A DNA stretch of 64,000 nucleotides, from contig CBDFJF010000002.1 of assembly GCA_965248265.1 (NCBI GenBank), positions 2,976,001-3,040,000 of the forward strand, written 5' to 3'. The notes under the pieces are model-generated. The model searched no databases and was not told where the DNA came from. It worked only from the letters and a program-made list of their open reading frames with translations. Made by a program: the position numbers and the translations under genes. Every line of letters starts with the position of its first letter. Within the stretch, counting starts at the first letter, position 1. The stretch comes from Candidatus Latescibacterota bacterium (GTDB lineage: Bacteria > Latescibacterota > UBA2968 > UBA8231). This document shows, in pieces, positions 1 to 10,380 of the stretch.

Positions 1-1
1 G

Positions 2-526
2 GTTCTGGGTGGGATCACCAAAGTACCTCTGCCCCCACGAGTCGGCATCGAAGTGGCAGCCGGATTCGATCGTCTTCGATTGGGAGTTCGGCTGTTGAAG
101 GCGCGCCGGGCTCCGCTGCTCATTCTCAGCGGAGGGTCGCTGGCGGCATTGAGCGGCTCTGATGTTCCCGAAGCGGACGGCCTTCGCACTCTGGCGTTGG
201 AGTACGGGGTCGATGACCGGGCGATGCTGCTCGAAAGAGCCTCTCGCAATACCCACGAAAACGCCGTGCTGACTGGCCAACTGCTGAGCGCTCGCGGTAT
301 CGAGCGCATCATCCTGGTGACGTCCGCCTCGCACATGGGGAGGGCTGAGGCGGCCTTTCAGCAGTTAGACGTTGAGATAGTCCCGGCTCCAACGGATTTT
401 GAAGCGGTATCGAAGCCGATGAGCGTTCGTCGTCTACTGCCGGGGGCGGTGGCGCTGCTGCGGTCGACGCGAGCGACGAAGGAGTATCTGGGATTGTTGT
501 TCTACAAGCTAGTGGGTTGGGCATGA
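2..526 (+). CDS. YdcF/DUF218 family protein, 5'-partial
   Basis: Frame is open from base 2 (VLGG...). Motifs LSGG, E..SRNTHENA and LVTSASHMGRA are typical of DUF218. Confidence 0.85.
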   Translation, partial: VLGGITKVPLPPRVGIEVAAGFDRLRLGVRLLKARRAPLLILSGGSLAALSGSDVPEADGLRTLALEYGVDDRAMLLERASRNTHENAVLTGQLLSARGIERIILVTSASHMGRAEAAFQQLDVEIVPAPTDFEAVSKPMSVRRLLPGAVALLRSTRATKEYLGLLFYKLVGWA

Positions 527-528
527 CG

Positions 529-996
529 CTAGGTCGTGTCCGTCAACGGAAGTTCCACCCCCTGTGAGAAGGCCTGAGCGATCTCGTCGCAGCGTTCGTT
601 GTCCGGGTCGCCGGCGTGGCCCTTGGTGTAGGCCCAACTTACCCGTTCGCTGTTCAGCTCATCCAGTTCGACCCACAAATCCTTGTTCAACACCGGTTTT
701 TTCGCTGCCGTTTTCCAACCGCGGCGTTTCCAGTTGATGATCCATTCCGTAATGCCCTTGCGCATGTATTCGCTGTCGGTGACGATTTCGATCTCCGCGG
801 CCCCAACGGCTGCCCGCAGGCCCTGGATGGCGGCGTTCAGCTCCATGCGGTTGTTCGTCGTCGCCTCCGCGCCCCCACCAAGTTCCTTAATGCTGCCATC
901 GCTGTAGCGCAGGCGCGCTGCCCAACCGCCCGGCCCGGGGTTTCCGGAACAGGCGCCATCTGTAAAAATCGTGATCTCCTTATTCGAATCGCTCAC
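529..996 (-). CDS. rnhA: Ribonuclease HI
   Basis: [41 protein letters not shown]. Confidence 0.97.
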   Translation of the reverse strand: MSDSNKEITIFTDGACSGNPGPGGWAARLRYSDGSIKELGGGAEATTNNRMELNAAIQGLRAAVGAAEIEIVTDSEYMRKGITEWIINWKRRGWKTAAKKPVLNKDLWVELDELNSERVSWAYTKGHAGDPDNERCDEIAQAFSQGVELPLTDTT

Positions 997-1106
997 GACA
1001 GCCGTATTCCTCCTCGTCTAAACTGATCGCACAATTGCTCAATTCTTCGATCTGTCTACATTAATACGCCCCCAATTCACCTGTCAATTTCTTCGAGAAA
1101 ACTGGA

Positions 1107-2534
1107 ATGACTCAAGCAAACTCTGCCTACGATTTGATCATAGTCGGCTCCGGCCCCGGTGGGTACACTGCCGCCGTACGAGCCTCTCAATTGGGAATGA
1201 AAACGGCCATCGTCGAGATGGACTCAACCCTTGGCGGGGTCTGCCTCAACTGGGGCTGTATCCCGACAAAAGCGCTGCTCAAGCAGGCAGAGATGTACAG
1301 GCTCTTCCAGCGGGCCGAGGAGTTTGGCTTTTCGATCTCCAACGTTGCGTTCGACTGGCAGAAGCTCATCTCCCGCAGCCGCGATGTCTCCGGCCAGTTG
1401 GCGAAAGGGGTCTCCTACCTGATGAACAAGGGGTCGATCGAGGTCATTCACGGGAAGGGCAGGCTGACAGTCGTCAAGGAAGTGGAGGTCTTCGTGGAGG
1501 GGTCACTGCCGCAGAAGCTGCAGACGGCCAACATCCTGCTGGCCACGGGCGGACATCCACTGTCCATACCGGGGGTCACCATCGATGGTGAGAATGTGTT
1601 GTCCAGCAAAGAAGCGATGGTGTTGGAAACCCAACCCGAATCGATCGCCATCATTGGAGCCGGCGCCATTGGCATCGAGTTCGCCTATTTCTTCAACAGT
1701 TTCGGGACGAAGGTTACCGTGCTGGAGGCTGAATCCCAGGTCTTGCCAAGGGAGGATGAGGAGATTGCCGGGGTTCTCGAGCAGAGCCTGATCGAGCAGG
1801 GAATCAATGTCCAGACCGGAGTGAAGGTCTCCAAGGTGAAGGTCTCGAAGGTGGGCAAGGGAAGGCGCGATTCGATGGAGGTCGCGTACGGGGGTGGAGA
1901 CGACGGTGATCAGAAGTTGAATGCCACCAAGGTGTTGATGGCGGTCGGCGTGGGCGGCAACATAGAGGGACTCGGCCTCGAGATCGCTGGTGTGCAGACC
2001 GAACGCGGAGCTATCGTCGTCAACGGTCGCATGGAAACGAACATCAAGGGAATCTTCGCCATCGGGGATGTCGTCGGCCCTCCCCAGCTTGCCCACGTGG
2101 CATCGGCGGAAGCCCTCGCCGCCGTCGAGTTCATGGCGGGCAAGGAGCGACCTGAGCTGGCACGTGATTCGATACCCGGATGCGTCTATTGCCAGCCACA
2201 AGTAGCGAGCGTTGGACTTACGGAGAAAGACGCGATCGCGGCGGGGCACGACGTACGCGTCGGACGTTTTCCGTTCGCGGCCAGTGGCAAGGCCAGAGCC
2301 ATCGGTGAGACGGAAGGCCTGGTCAAACTGGTGTTCGAGTCGCAGTACGGCGAGTTGCTGGGGGCATCCATCGTCGGCTCTGAAGCGACCGAGATGATTG
2401 CCGAACTCGGATTGGCACGCACGCTCGAGGCCACTCACGATGAGTTGCTGCAGACCGTCCATGCGCATCCGACGCTCTCGGAAGCAGTTATGGAAGCAGC
2501 AGGTGAGGCTCTCGGAGAGGCTATCAATATCTGA
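1107..2534 (+). CDS. lpdA: Dihydrolipoyl dehydrogenase
   Basis: GSGPGGY, GGVCLNWGCIPTK redox disulfide, GAGAIGIE, HAHPTLSE. Confidence 0.96.
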   Translation: MTQANSAYDLIIVGSGPGGYTAAVRASQLGMKTAIVEMDSTLGGVCLNWGCIPTKALLKQAEMYRLFQRAEEFGFSISNVAFDWQKLISRSRDVSGQLAKGVSYLMNKGSIEVIHGKGRLTVVKEVEVFVEGSLPQKLQTANILLATGGHPLSIPGVTIDGENVLSSKEAMVLETQPESIAIIGAGAIGIEFAYFFNSFGTKVTVLEAESQVLPREDEEIAGVLEQSLIEQGINVQTGVKVSKVKVSKVGKGRRDSMEVAYGGGDDGDQKLNATKVLMAVGVGGNIEGLGLEIAGVQTERGAIVVNGRMETNIKGIFAIGDVVGPPQLAHVASAEALAAVEFMAGKERPELARDSIPGCVYCQPQVASVGLTEKDAIAAGHDVRVGRFPFAASGKARAIGETEGLVKLVFESQYGELLGASIVGSEATEMIAELGLARTLEATHDELLQTVHAHPTLSEAVMEAAGEALGEAINI

Positions 2535-2669
2535 CGGACCACATTGCCGATTACATCTCTGACTTGAGTTACGCGCTCGAGGCATTGGATCTCGAGTCTC
2601 ATGCGTCAGGCCAGGCAAATGATCGAACAGGTCCGGGACGATGGCAGGCAGATTCTTTTCTGCGGCAAC
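2531..2669 (+). pseudogene. Frameshifted, truncated N-terminus of a GmhA/SIS-family (phosphoheptose isomerase-like) gene
   Basis: Reads TDHIADYISDLSYALEALDLES, then shifts frame to MRQARQMIEQVRDDGRQILFCGN, which stops resembling the family just before the expected GGS. Confidence 0.55.
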
Positions 2670-2810
2670 ATGCATCTCAGGCCTCTACCCAGACCAGACT
2701 CGACGCAATAGTCCTCACAGGAAGCTCGATTTTTCTCATCCCTGAATACGACCGGTGTCCGTTACTGCTGGGTCTCGATCAAGCCAACGTCCGGAGTTGC
2801 AAAGCGGAGG

Positions 2811-4148
2811 GTGAATGCCAAGGTGAACTGGGAGGCCGTAGAAATACCAGCTTCTGCACTCCACATCGTGAAGTCCTTGCGCGCGGCGGGATTTCGGTCA
2901 CTGCTGGCAGGTGGTTGCGTGCGGGACCTTGCTCTGGGTCTGGAGCCGAAAGATTTCGATATCGCGACCGATGCCCCACCGGAAGAGGTTCAGCGGCTGT
3001 TCGAACACACGATCGCACTCGGAATCAATTTCGGGATCATCACAGTGGTCGCCGGGGATGGCTCCCAGTACGAGGTAGCACGGTTTCGCACCGATCTTGG
3101 CTACGCCGACGGCAGACACCCAACCGCGGTGGCATTTACTGATGTCGTTGAGGAAGATGCCAGGCGCCGGGATTTCACCATCAATGGCATGTTTCTGGAT
3201 CCTCTCGAGGGCCGTTTAATCGATCACGTCGGCGGCGAAGAGGATCTACGGCGACGCCGAGTGGGTGCCATCGGCGAGCCTAAAGAGCGATTCGATGAGG
3301 ACTATCTGAGGATGATCAGGGCGATTCGTCTCGCTGCTGGTTTGAATTTTGAGATTGAACAAGAAACGTTGACGGCGATTGCCAACAACGCTGGGAACTT
3401 GAATAGCATCAGCGCCGAGCGTGTCAGAGATGAACTGACGCGCATGTTGACGACACCGGGTGCCGGACGAGGTCTGCAATGGATGATGGAGACCGGGTTG
3501 ATGGCTGCCGTGCTTCCGGAGGTGGCTGCCATGGAAGGTGTGCCGCAGCCATCCGAGTTTCATCCCGAAGGGGACGTGTGGACACACGTTCGCCTGATGG
3601 TCGAGCTACTCAAGGACCCATCACCCGCCCTCGCCTGGAGTATCCTCCTGCACGACATCGGCAAGCCTGTCACCTATGTCGTCGCGGATCGCATTCGTTT
3701 TGACGGGCATGACGCGGTTGGGGCACGGATGGCTGAGGAGATCTGCCATCGCCTGCGCTTTTCGACCGCCGACACAAGCCGGATCCGCACGCTTACCGCC
3801 CAACACATGAGGATCGGGCATGCACCACGCATGCGCCTCAGCAAGCTCAAGCGGTTCCTGCGAGAGCCGTTTTTTATGGACTTGCTGGAGCTGCACCGAA
3901 TTGATTGCCTGGCCTCTCACGGCAAGCTCGATGTTCACGAATTCTGTCAGCAGCAACTGGATGAGGTCGAACCCGAGCAGTTGCATCCTCCGCGTCTGGT
4001 AACCGGGGATGATCTGCTGGAACTTGGCCTCAAGCCGGGGCCGCAGTTTGCTCACATCCTGTCTCGCGTAGAGGAAGAGCAGCTGGAAGGTCGCTTGCAT
4101 TCGAGAGAGGCTGCCCTGAAATGGGTCGCGCAATCCTTCACGGCGTAG
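2811..4148 (+). CDS. CCA tRNA nucleotidyltransferase / poly(A) polymerase family with HD domain
   Basis: GGCVRD..LG..PKDFDIAT, RRDFTING, EDYLRMIRAIR, SAERVRDE, LLHDIGK. Confidence 0.93.
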   Translation: MNAKVNWEAVEIPASALHIVKSLRAAGFRSLLAGGCVRDLALGLEPKDFDIATDAPPEEVQRLFEHTIALGINFGIITVVAGDGSQYEVARFRTDLGYADGRHPTAVAFTDVVEEDARRRDFTINGMFLDPLEGRLIDHVGGEEDLRRRRVGAIGEPKERFDEDYLRMIRAIRLAAGLNFEIEQETLTAIANNAGNLNSISAERVRDELTRMLTTPGAGRGLQWMMETGLMAAVLPEVAAMEGVPQPSEFHPEGDVWTHVRLMVELLKDPSPALAWSILLHDIGKPVTYVVADRIRFDGHDAVGARMAEEICHRLRFSTADTSRIRTLTAQHMRIGHAPRMRLSKLKRFLREPFFMDLLELHRIDCLASHGKLDVHEFCQQQLDEVEPEQLHPPRLVTGDDLLELGLKPGPQFAHILSRVEEEQLEGRLHSREAALKWVAQSFTA

Positions 4149-4236
4149 TCCACGGTTCGTACATTGCCGTGATACGTAAGGGGCGCCCTCCGCGCGTCCG
4201 TCCCCGATAGCGAGGGCTCACTACGAGTAATCGAGC

Positions 4237-5706
4237 GTGACTGACGAACGACCGAACATACTCTGGATATGTACCGACCAACAGCGTTATGACACCATCG
4301 GCGCCCTCGGCAATCGATATGTATCGACACCGAATATCGATGGTCTGGTCAATGACGGAGTAGCGTTCACGCATGCGTATTGCCAGAGCCCGATCTGCAC
4401 TCCGAGCCGAGCCAGTTTTCTGACGGGCCAATACCCCAGCACCGTGCACGTGAATGGCAACGGCAACGCTCATTTTCCGGCGGGCGCTCCCAAGTTAGTC
4501 ACCCGCATGTTGGCGGACGCAGGGTATCAATGCGGATTAATTGGCAAGTTGCATCTGGCCAGCGCTTTCGGGCGAATCGAGCCGCGGGTAGACGATGGTT
4601 ATTCCTACTGGCAGTACAGCCATGCGCCTCGCGACGATTGGGACCAGGGTCATGACTATGCGGACTGGATCAAGGCACGTGGTGGCGATCTGAACGCCTT
4701 CAACGCTGATGTCGATGGCGTTCCGGCAGAGTATCACCAAACCACCTGGTGCGCCGAGAAGGCGATCGAGTTCATGTGCTGCCAGCATACGTCGTCTCCA
4801 TGGCTTGCCAGTGTCAACATCTACGACCCACATCCGCCATTCAATCCACCCGGGCAATACCGCAAGCTCTTTGACCCGAATGACATGCCGGGGGCCCTTT
4901 TTCGAGACTCCGACTTGGAGCAGCAGCACAGACTGGAGAATATCGATTTTCAATCAAAAGGCCGTCACCCTGATCGACTCGACATCACCAGTCCGATCGT
5001 AACCCAGGGCCCCCTGGGTGGGTCGGCGAACGAGCCAACGCTCGGAGGCACCGACGCGCGCAGTCTGCAGGCCGCCTATTATGCCATGATCAAGCTCATC
5101 GATGATCGTGTCGGCGACATGCTCACCGCCCTGGAGGACAGTGATCAGCTGGATAATACGTTAGTCCTGTACACCAGCGACCATGGAGAGACCCTTGGTG
5201 ACCACGGCCTCATTCAAAAGGGTTGCCGTTTCTATGAGGGCCTGGTGCGGGTGCCGCTGATTTTTTCGTTTCCGAGGCGCTTTCGTCGAGGCGTGCGAAG
5301 TGATTTATTGGTGGAGCTCCTCGATATTGCACCGACCCTCCTCGACATGGCGGGGGTGGATGTACCAGGCCATATGCAAGGTCGCTCGCTCCTGTCCACG
5401 CTCGATGGCTGTCCTTCACCCGATCAAACGGAAGAACGCGAATTCGTGCGCTGTGAGTTCTACGATGCGCTTCACGCGCCCGATGGCACGCACGCCACGA
5501 TGTATCGCGATCGACGCTACAAGCTAGTCGTCTATCATGGTCACGACCTCGGTGAGCTCTACGATCTGGAGGAAGATCCAGAGGAGTTCGAGAACATGTG
5601 GGATGAGGTAGAGGCCCAGCCCTTAAAGTTGAAGTTGATGCAGCGTTCCTTCGATGCTTCGATGCTGGCCATGGATCAAGGCGTCGAGCGTATCGGGCCG
5701 ATGTGA
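4237..5706 (+). CDS. Sulfatase (formylglycine type)
   Basis: RPNILWICTDQQR, CTPSR (CxPxR), GKLH, SDHGE. Confidence 0.93.
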   Translation: MTDERPNILWICTDQQRYDTIGALGNRYVSTPNIDGLVNDGVAFTHAYCQSPICTPSRASFLTGQYPSTVHVNGNGNAHFPAGAPKLVTRMLADAGYQCGLIGKLHLASAFGRIEPRVDDGYSYWQYSHAPRDDWDQGHDYADWIKARGGDLNAFNADVDGVPAEYHQTTWCAEKAIEFMCCQHTSSPWLASVNIYDPHPPFNPPGQYRKLFDPNDMPGALFRDSDLEQQHRLENIDFQSKGRHPDRLDITSPIVTQGPLGGSANEPTLGGTDARSLQAAYYAMIKLIDDRVGDMLTALEDSDQLDNTLVLYTSDHGETLGDHGLIQKGCRFYEGLVRVPLIFSFPRRFRRGVRSDLLVELLDIAPTLLDMAGVDVPGHMQGRSLLSTLDGCPSPDQTEEREFVRCEFYDALHAPDGTHATMYRDRRYKLVVYHGHDLGELYDLEEDPEEFENMWDEVEAQPLKLKLMQRSFDASMLAMDQGVERIGPM

Positions 5707-5720
5707 GGGGGCAGGAGAGC

Positions 5721-6563
5721 ATGCGATTCACAAAACGCCCGATCGTACGGCTGGACGGGTTTTCTGGTCGTCATGAGGATGACACGCTGACCATGGAGGA
5801 GCCTCTGGAGATTCGTCTCCAGGGGGAGGCGATCGCCGTCGTCATGCGCACACCGAAGGACGACTTCGATCTGGTGGCCGGCTTCCTCCTGACCGAGGGG
5901 ATCGTTCAGGCCCCGTCAGATATCGGTGCGATTTCCTATTGCGAGCAGGCTCAGCCGCCCAACCTCGAGAACGTCATCGAAGCGCGCCTGTCTGACGGTG
6001 TCGAATTCGACACGGAGCGTCTCAAGAGGAATTTCTACGCCTCCTCGAGCTGCGGGATATGCGGCAAGGCCAGTATCGATCATGTTATGGGCCTGGCTCC
6101 GGCCATCAGCACACATTTCACGATCCCGACCGATCTGCTTTACGGGTTGGACGAGAAGCTGCGTGAGGCTCAAGATGTGTTTTCGCAGACCGGGTCCGTC
6201 CATGCCGCAGGGTTGTTCGACACCCAGGGACGAATGCTGTCGCTGCGCGAAGATGTGGGCCGGCATAATGCGGTCGACAAAGTAATCGGCAAGCTTGTCC
6301 GGGAAGACAAGATGCCACCGGCGGAATGCGTTCTGATGGTAAGCGGTCGGGCCAGTTTCGAGATTATGCAGAAAGCGCTTATCGCGGGCATTCCGATCGT
6401 TGCGGCCGTGTCGGGGCCGTCGAGCCTGGCGGTGGACGTGGCCCGAGAGGCTAATATGACTCTGGTCGGATTCCTTCGAGGAGAGCGATGTAATGTGTAC
6501 GCCGGATCCGAGCGCATCGAGTCACAGGATATTCCAAGCAACACACTCCACTCCACTGAATAG
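5721..6563 (+). CDS. fdhD: Formate dehydrogenase accessory sulfurtransferase FdhD
   Basis: SSCGICGK, TGSVHAA, EDVGRHNAVDK, SGRASFE; ATG after GGAG. Confidence 0.95.
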   Translation: MRFTKRPIVRLDGFSGRHEDDTLTMEEPLEIRLQGEAIAVVMRTPKDDFDLVAGFLLTEGIVQAPSDIGAISYCEQAQPPNLENVIEARLSDGVEFDTERLKRNFYASSSCGICGKASIDHVMGLAPAISTHFTIPTDLLYGLDEKLREAQDVFSQTGSVHAAGLFDTQGRMLSLREDVGRHNAVDKVIGKLVREDKMPPAECVLMVSGRASFEIMQKALIAGIPIVAAVSGPSSLAVDVAREANMTLVGFLRGERCNVYAGSERIESQDIPSNTLHSTE

Positions 6564-6572
6564 GAGGGTTCA

Positions 6573-7451
6573 ATGGCAAAGAAGAAACGTGTCATCAGTC
6601 CCAAGCTGCATCTATGCGCGGCCGCCTGGACGATGCAGGGTCAACCGCATCCCAATAAACAATGGTCGATGGACACGAAAATCCGCAAGGTGAAGGAGGC
6701 GGGCTTCGCCGGTTTCAGCCACGGGGCGGATCCGGAGGCCAACAAGGCCTGCAGGAAGTATGGCATCGTGCACGTGGGTGGCGTCGACGTCGCCAAGGTG
6801 AGAGAGGCGTTGCCGAAGCTGAAGAAGTTCAAGGGGATGGGAGTCCATCACATAAACATTCAATTGTGCGATCACGACACCGAAGTAAAGGATTCGGTTC
6901 CCGTCGCCCGCGCGGTGATGAAGGGTGGAGAGGATCTTGGCCTGCAGCCCGCCATCGAGATCCATCGCGATACATGCACGGAAACCCCCGAGAAGACCTT
7001 TGCTCTGGCTGATGCATACGAAAAGCGCTATCGCAAGAAGTTGCGCATCAACTTTGATCACTCTCACCCCGCCATCATCAAGCAGGTGAGAGCCCCGACC
7101 TACTGGGAGCCGAAGACGAACGCCCGTCCGGATCTGCTGCGGGCAGGGGAGTTGATTCACTTTCGCCCATTTACTGGTAGCCACTGCCAGACTCCGGTGA
7201 CTAACGGCAAAGGTAAGATCGACCGCGATTTCGCTCTGTGGCGCGACCATTTCCTCACCCCCATGCTGGAGTCGTGGTTGAAGGGCGCGAAGAGCGGCGC
7301 TGAGCTGTACGGTGTAGTGGAGTTGGGGCCACAGGGTTCAGGGTACGCCCTGGAGTGCTTCCCCGATGTATGGAAGGATGCCTGTGTGGCGCGTGTGGAG
7401 ATCCAGAACGTCTGGGATCGTCAGGTACGCAAGTGGCGGCGCGGTCGCTGA
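6573..7451 (+). CDS. Xylose isomerase-like TIM-barrel protein (sugar phosphate isomerase/epimerase family)
   Basis: EIHRDTCTETP, NFDHSH, VVELGP; strong GGAGG RBS. Confidence 0.7.
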   Translation: MAKKKRVISPKLHLCAAAWTMQGQPHPNKQWSMDTKIRKVKEAGFAGFSHGADPEANKACRKYGIVHVGGVDVAKVREALPKLKKFKGMGVHHINIQLCDHDTEVKDSVPVARAVMKGGEDLGLQPAIEIHRDTCTETPEKTFALADAYEKRYRKKLRINFDHSHPAIIKQVRAPTYWEPKTNARPDLLRAGELIHFRPFTGSHCQTPVTNGKGKIDRDFALWRDHFLTPMLESWLKGAKSGAELYGVVELGPQGSGYALECFPDVWKDACVARVEIQNVWDRQVRKWRRGR

Positions 7452-7481
7452 GGGATAAGCGACCGACCAGCACTATCAGCG

Positions 7482-7539
7482 AAACAAGACCGGGTCCCCG
7501 AGTCATGCCGGATGGCGTGTGGGGATCCGGTCTTTGTTT
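7482..7539. terminator. Bidirectional intrinsic terminator between convergent genes
   Basis: Inverted repeat AAACAAGACCGGGTCCCC ... GGGGATCCGGTCTTTGTTT. Confidence 0.7.
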
Positions 7540-7554
7540 GCCGGTGTCGGGGTA

Positions 7555-10368
7555 TTAGGTAGCAGCCGTCGTTGACGCCTGCGGAGCCGCGCACGCTTCA
7601 ACGCTGACCGGACAGACCTTGAGTTCTGCCGTCTGCGTCACCGGATCATAGCCCGCACCGGTGAGGATGTTGATGGGCGCCTCGTTGAAGCTGAAGCTCG
7701 TGAACACGGTGCCCCGAGGCGATTGTGTCGTCGCCTCAACCTTGACGTGGACGGAACCCCGTGCGCTCGAAAGCAGGCACCAACCACCGTCCTGCAATCC
7801 CCAGGCGGCCACGTCGTCGGGGTGGACCTCCAATGATTCCTCCGCCAGCAGATAATCAATGCCCGACGAACGTCCCGTCTGCGTGCGGGTGTGATAGGAC
7901 TGCAGGCGCCGGCCTGTCGTCAACCACACGGGGAAGCGGTCGCTGATGGTTTCAGCCGGATCCCGGTACTCGACAAGGCTGAAAATGCCCCGCCCGTTCT
8001 TGAACTCGCCTTCGTGCAGCACTGGCGTCCCCGGATGCCCCTTCTCCGGCACCGGCCACTGGTATTCACCGGCGTCGATGAGATCCCAGTCCAGGCCGGC
8101 ATAGACCGGAGATACGCTGCACAATTCGTTGAACACATCCTTCGCCTTTTCGAATTCGAATCCTTGGAATCCAAGTCGCTGAGCGATCTGGCACACGATC
8201 CACCAGTCTGGCTGTGCCTCTCCCGGAGCCGGAACCGCAGCGCGCAGCCGTTGCACCCGCCGCTCCGTGTTCACCTGCACTCCGTCCGTCTCACCCCAGG
8301 AAGCAGCGGGAAGGACGACATCGGCCAACTCACCCGTCTCGGTGAGAAAGATATCGATGACGACGAGGTGATCGAGGCTCTTCAAGGCATGTTCACAATG
8401 GTTTCGATCGGGGTCTGAAACCAGCGTGTTTTCGCCATCGATGAGCATGGCTTTGATCTGCTCGCCGCAGCGGTCGAGGGCGGTGACCTTGGTGATACCG
8501 CGCTCTAGGTCGATCTCCTTACCGTAGAGTTTCAGGAATTTCTTCTGGTTCTCAGGGTCATCAACCGGTTGAAAGCCGGGATAGTTGTTGGGTATAGCAC
8601 CGCTGTCGCCGGCGCCCTGAATGTTGTTCTGGCCGCGCATCGGATTTATGCCGGTACCCTCGCGGCCGAGGTTGCCCGTCATCAGCGCGAGGTTGCACAG
8701 GGATTGGACGTTGTCGACGCCGCAGATGTGCTCGGTGATGCCGAGGGTGTAGTAGATGGCGCTCTTGTCGACCTCGCCATACCACAGGGCCGCCTTTTCA
8801 ATGTCAGCTGCAGGGACCTCGGTAATCGTCGCGGCCCACTCCGGAGTAAAACGCTTTACATGCTCAAGAAATTCAACCGATTTGGTGGTGCGGCTGTCGA
8901 TGAAGTCGTCGTCGACGAGTCCTTCGCGGGCGATCACATGAGCCATGGCCAACAGCAGGGCGACATCCGAGCCCACCCTGATTGGCAGGTAGAGGTGTGC
9001 CATCTCCGCGAGCGGGATGTGTCTCGGATCGGCGACGATGAGCCTGGCACCCCGGGCAACCGCCTTTTTGATGCGGGTAGCGGCGACGGGGTGACACTCC
9101 GTCATGTTGGTGCCGATACAAAAAATCGTGTTGGGTTTCTCCATGTCGACGAGCGGATTCGACATGGCGCCTCGGCCTATCGTGGCTGCCAGACCGGCAA
9201 CCGTTGGAGCGTGTCAGGCACGGCTGCAATTGTCAACCTGGTTTGTGCCCAACCCCGCTCGAATGAGTTTCTGTATCGTGTAGGCCGCTTCAGAAGGGGC
9301 ACGGCCTGATGCGATTGCGTAGATGCTGTGAGGGCCGTCGCGCTCGAGCGCATTGGCGAATCCTGCCGCCGCACGGTCGAGGGCCATGTCCCAGGTAGCC
9401 TCGTGCAACTCACCGTCGTTGCCGCGAACCAAAGGCGTGGCCAGGCGGTCGGAGTGCTGGACGAAGTCGAAGGCGAACTGGCCCTTGACACACAGAGCCC
9501 CTTCGTTGGCCGGACCGTCCATAGCCGGGTGAATGCCGATGAGGCGGTCTTCCTTGGTCAGCAGGTCGACGGAGCAGCCAACGCCGCAGTAGGGGCACAC
9601 ACTGCGGGTTTTCTCGATCTCCCCAGGAAGGTCAGCGCCGCGCAACGCTTTCTTGTCAGCCAGCGCTCCGGTCGGGCAGGTTTGCACACACTGACCACAG
9701 AAGGTGCAGGATGAGTCCTTGAGAATGCCCTCGAATTCGGTCGTAATCTGGGTATGAAAACCGCGATTCATGATGTTGATGGCGTGGTCGCCTTCGCGCT
9801 CTGCACACACGCGCACACAACGGTAGCATGAGATGCACTGATCGTAGTCGCGCAAGAAAAATGGGTTGTCGTCTTCGACCTTACTTACCCCGGACTGCGC
9901 GCCCTGGAAGCGGCCGCCATTGGCATCATAGCGATCGACCAGCGATTTCAGCTCCTGCGAGGCATAGCCGCTGAGCGGATCGACCTCGAGCTCGCGGTTT
10001 TCGGAGACCACCATCTCCAACAGGGTTTTGCGGTATTGCTCTATGGGTTCCGTCTTCGTGCGCACGACCATACCGGCGGTGGCCGTGGTCGTACAGGAGG
10101 CAACCGGGTTGCGGGCCCCTTCCAGCTCGACAACGCAGAGCCGGCAGGCGCCAAACGGCTCCAGGCGGGGATCATAGCACAGGGTCGGGATCTCCATGTC
10201 CGGGCCTTGATCCCGCCGCCTCTCAGCGGCCTCGTATATGGTTTCCCCTTCGAGAAAACGGACTTCCTCGTCATCGATCCTCATCGCCAACCAGCTCGGG
10301 GAGCCGTTTCCACCAGCCGCCACGTCGATGCTACTGTTTGCCGTTGATTCGATGTCTGTCGTTGTCAT
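7555..10368 (-). CDS. fdhF: Selenocysteine-containing formate dehydrogenase alpha subunit (FdsA/FdhF type, N-terminal NuoG-like Fe-S domains), 937 aa with Sec at residue 385
   Basis: ORFs 9214-10368 and 7555-9165 are in one frame, joined by TGA at 9214-9216 in NCSRA-U-HAPTVAGL. Other motifs: CPYCGVGC, LCVKG, RGQNNIQG, 2Fe-2S and 4Fe-4S Cys motifs. Confidence 0.93.
9184..9202 (-). promoter_or_regulatory. Bacterial SECIS hairpin
   Basis: GGUUGCC-GGUCU-GGCAGCC begins 11 nt after the UGA, matching the spacing and sequence of the E. coli fdhF SECIS. Confidence 0.9.
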
Positions 10369-10380
10369 GTCTGTCCTCGA

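Noticed and set aside
1503-2675. Long antisense or alternative-frame ORFs (also 15452-16858, 27530-28657, 46260-47312, 52237-53109)
   Set aside because: Typical high-GC shadow frames over well-supported genes, with no motifs of their own.
2564-3142. 192-aa ORF
   Set aside because: Only its first residues belong to the SIS remnant; the rest overlaps the CCA gene out of frame.
7555-10368. Two separate genes or a nonsense pseudogene of formate dehydrogenase
   Set aside because: The TGA sits at the catalytic Cys/Sec position and has a canonical SECIS, so this is one recoded gene.
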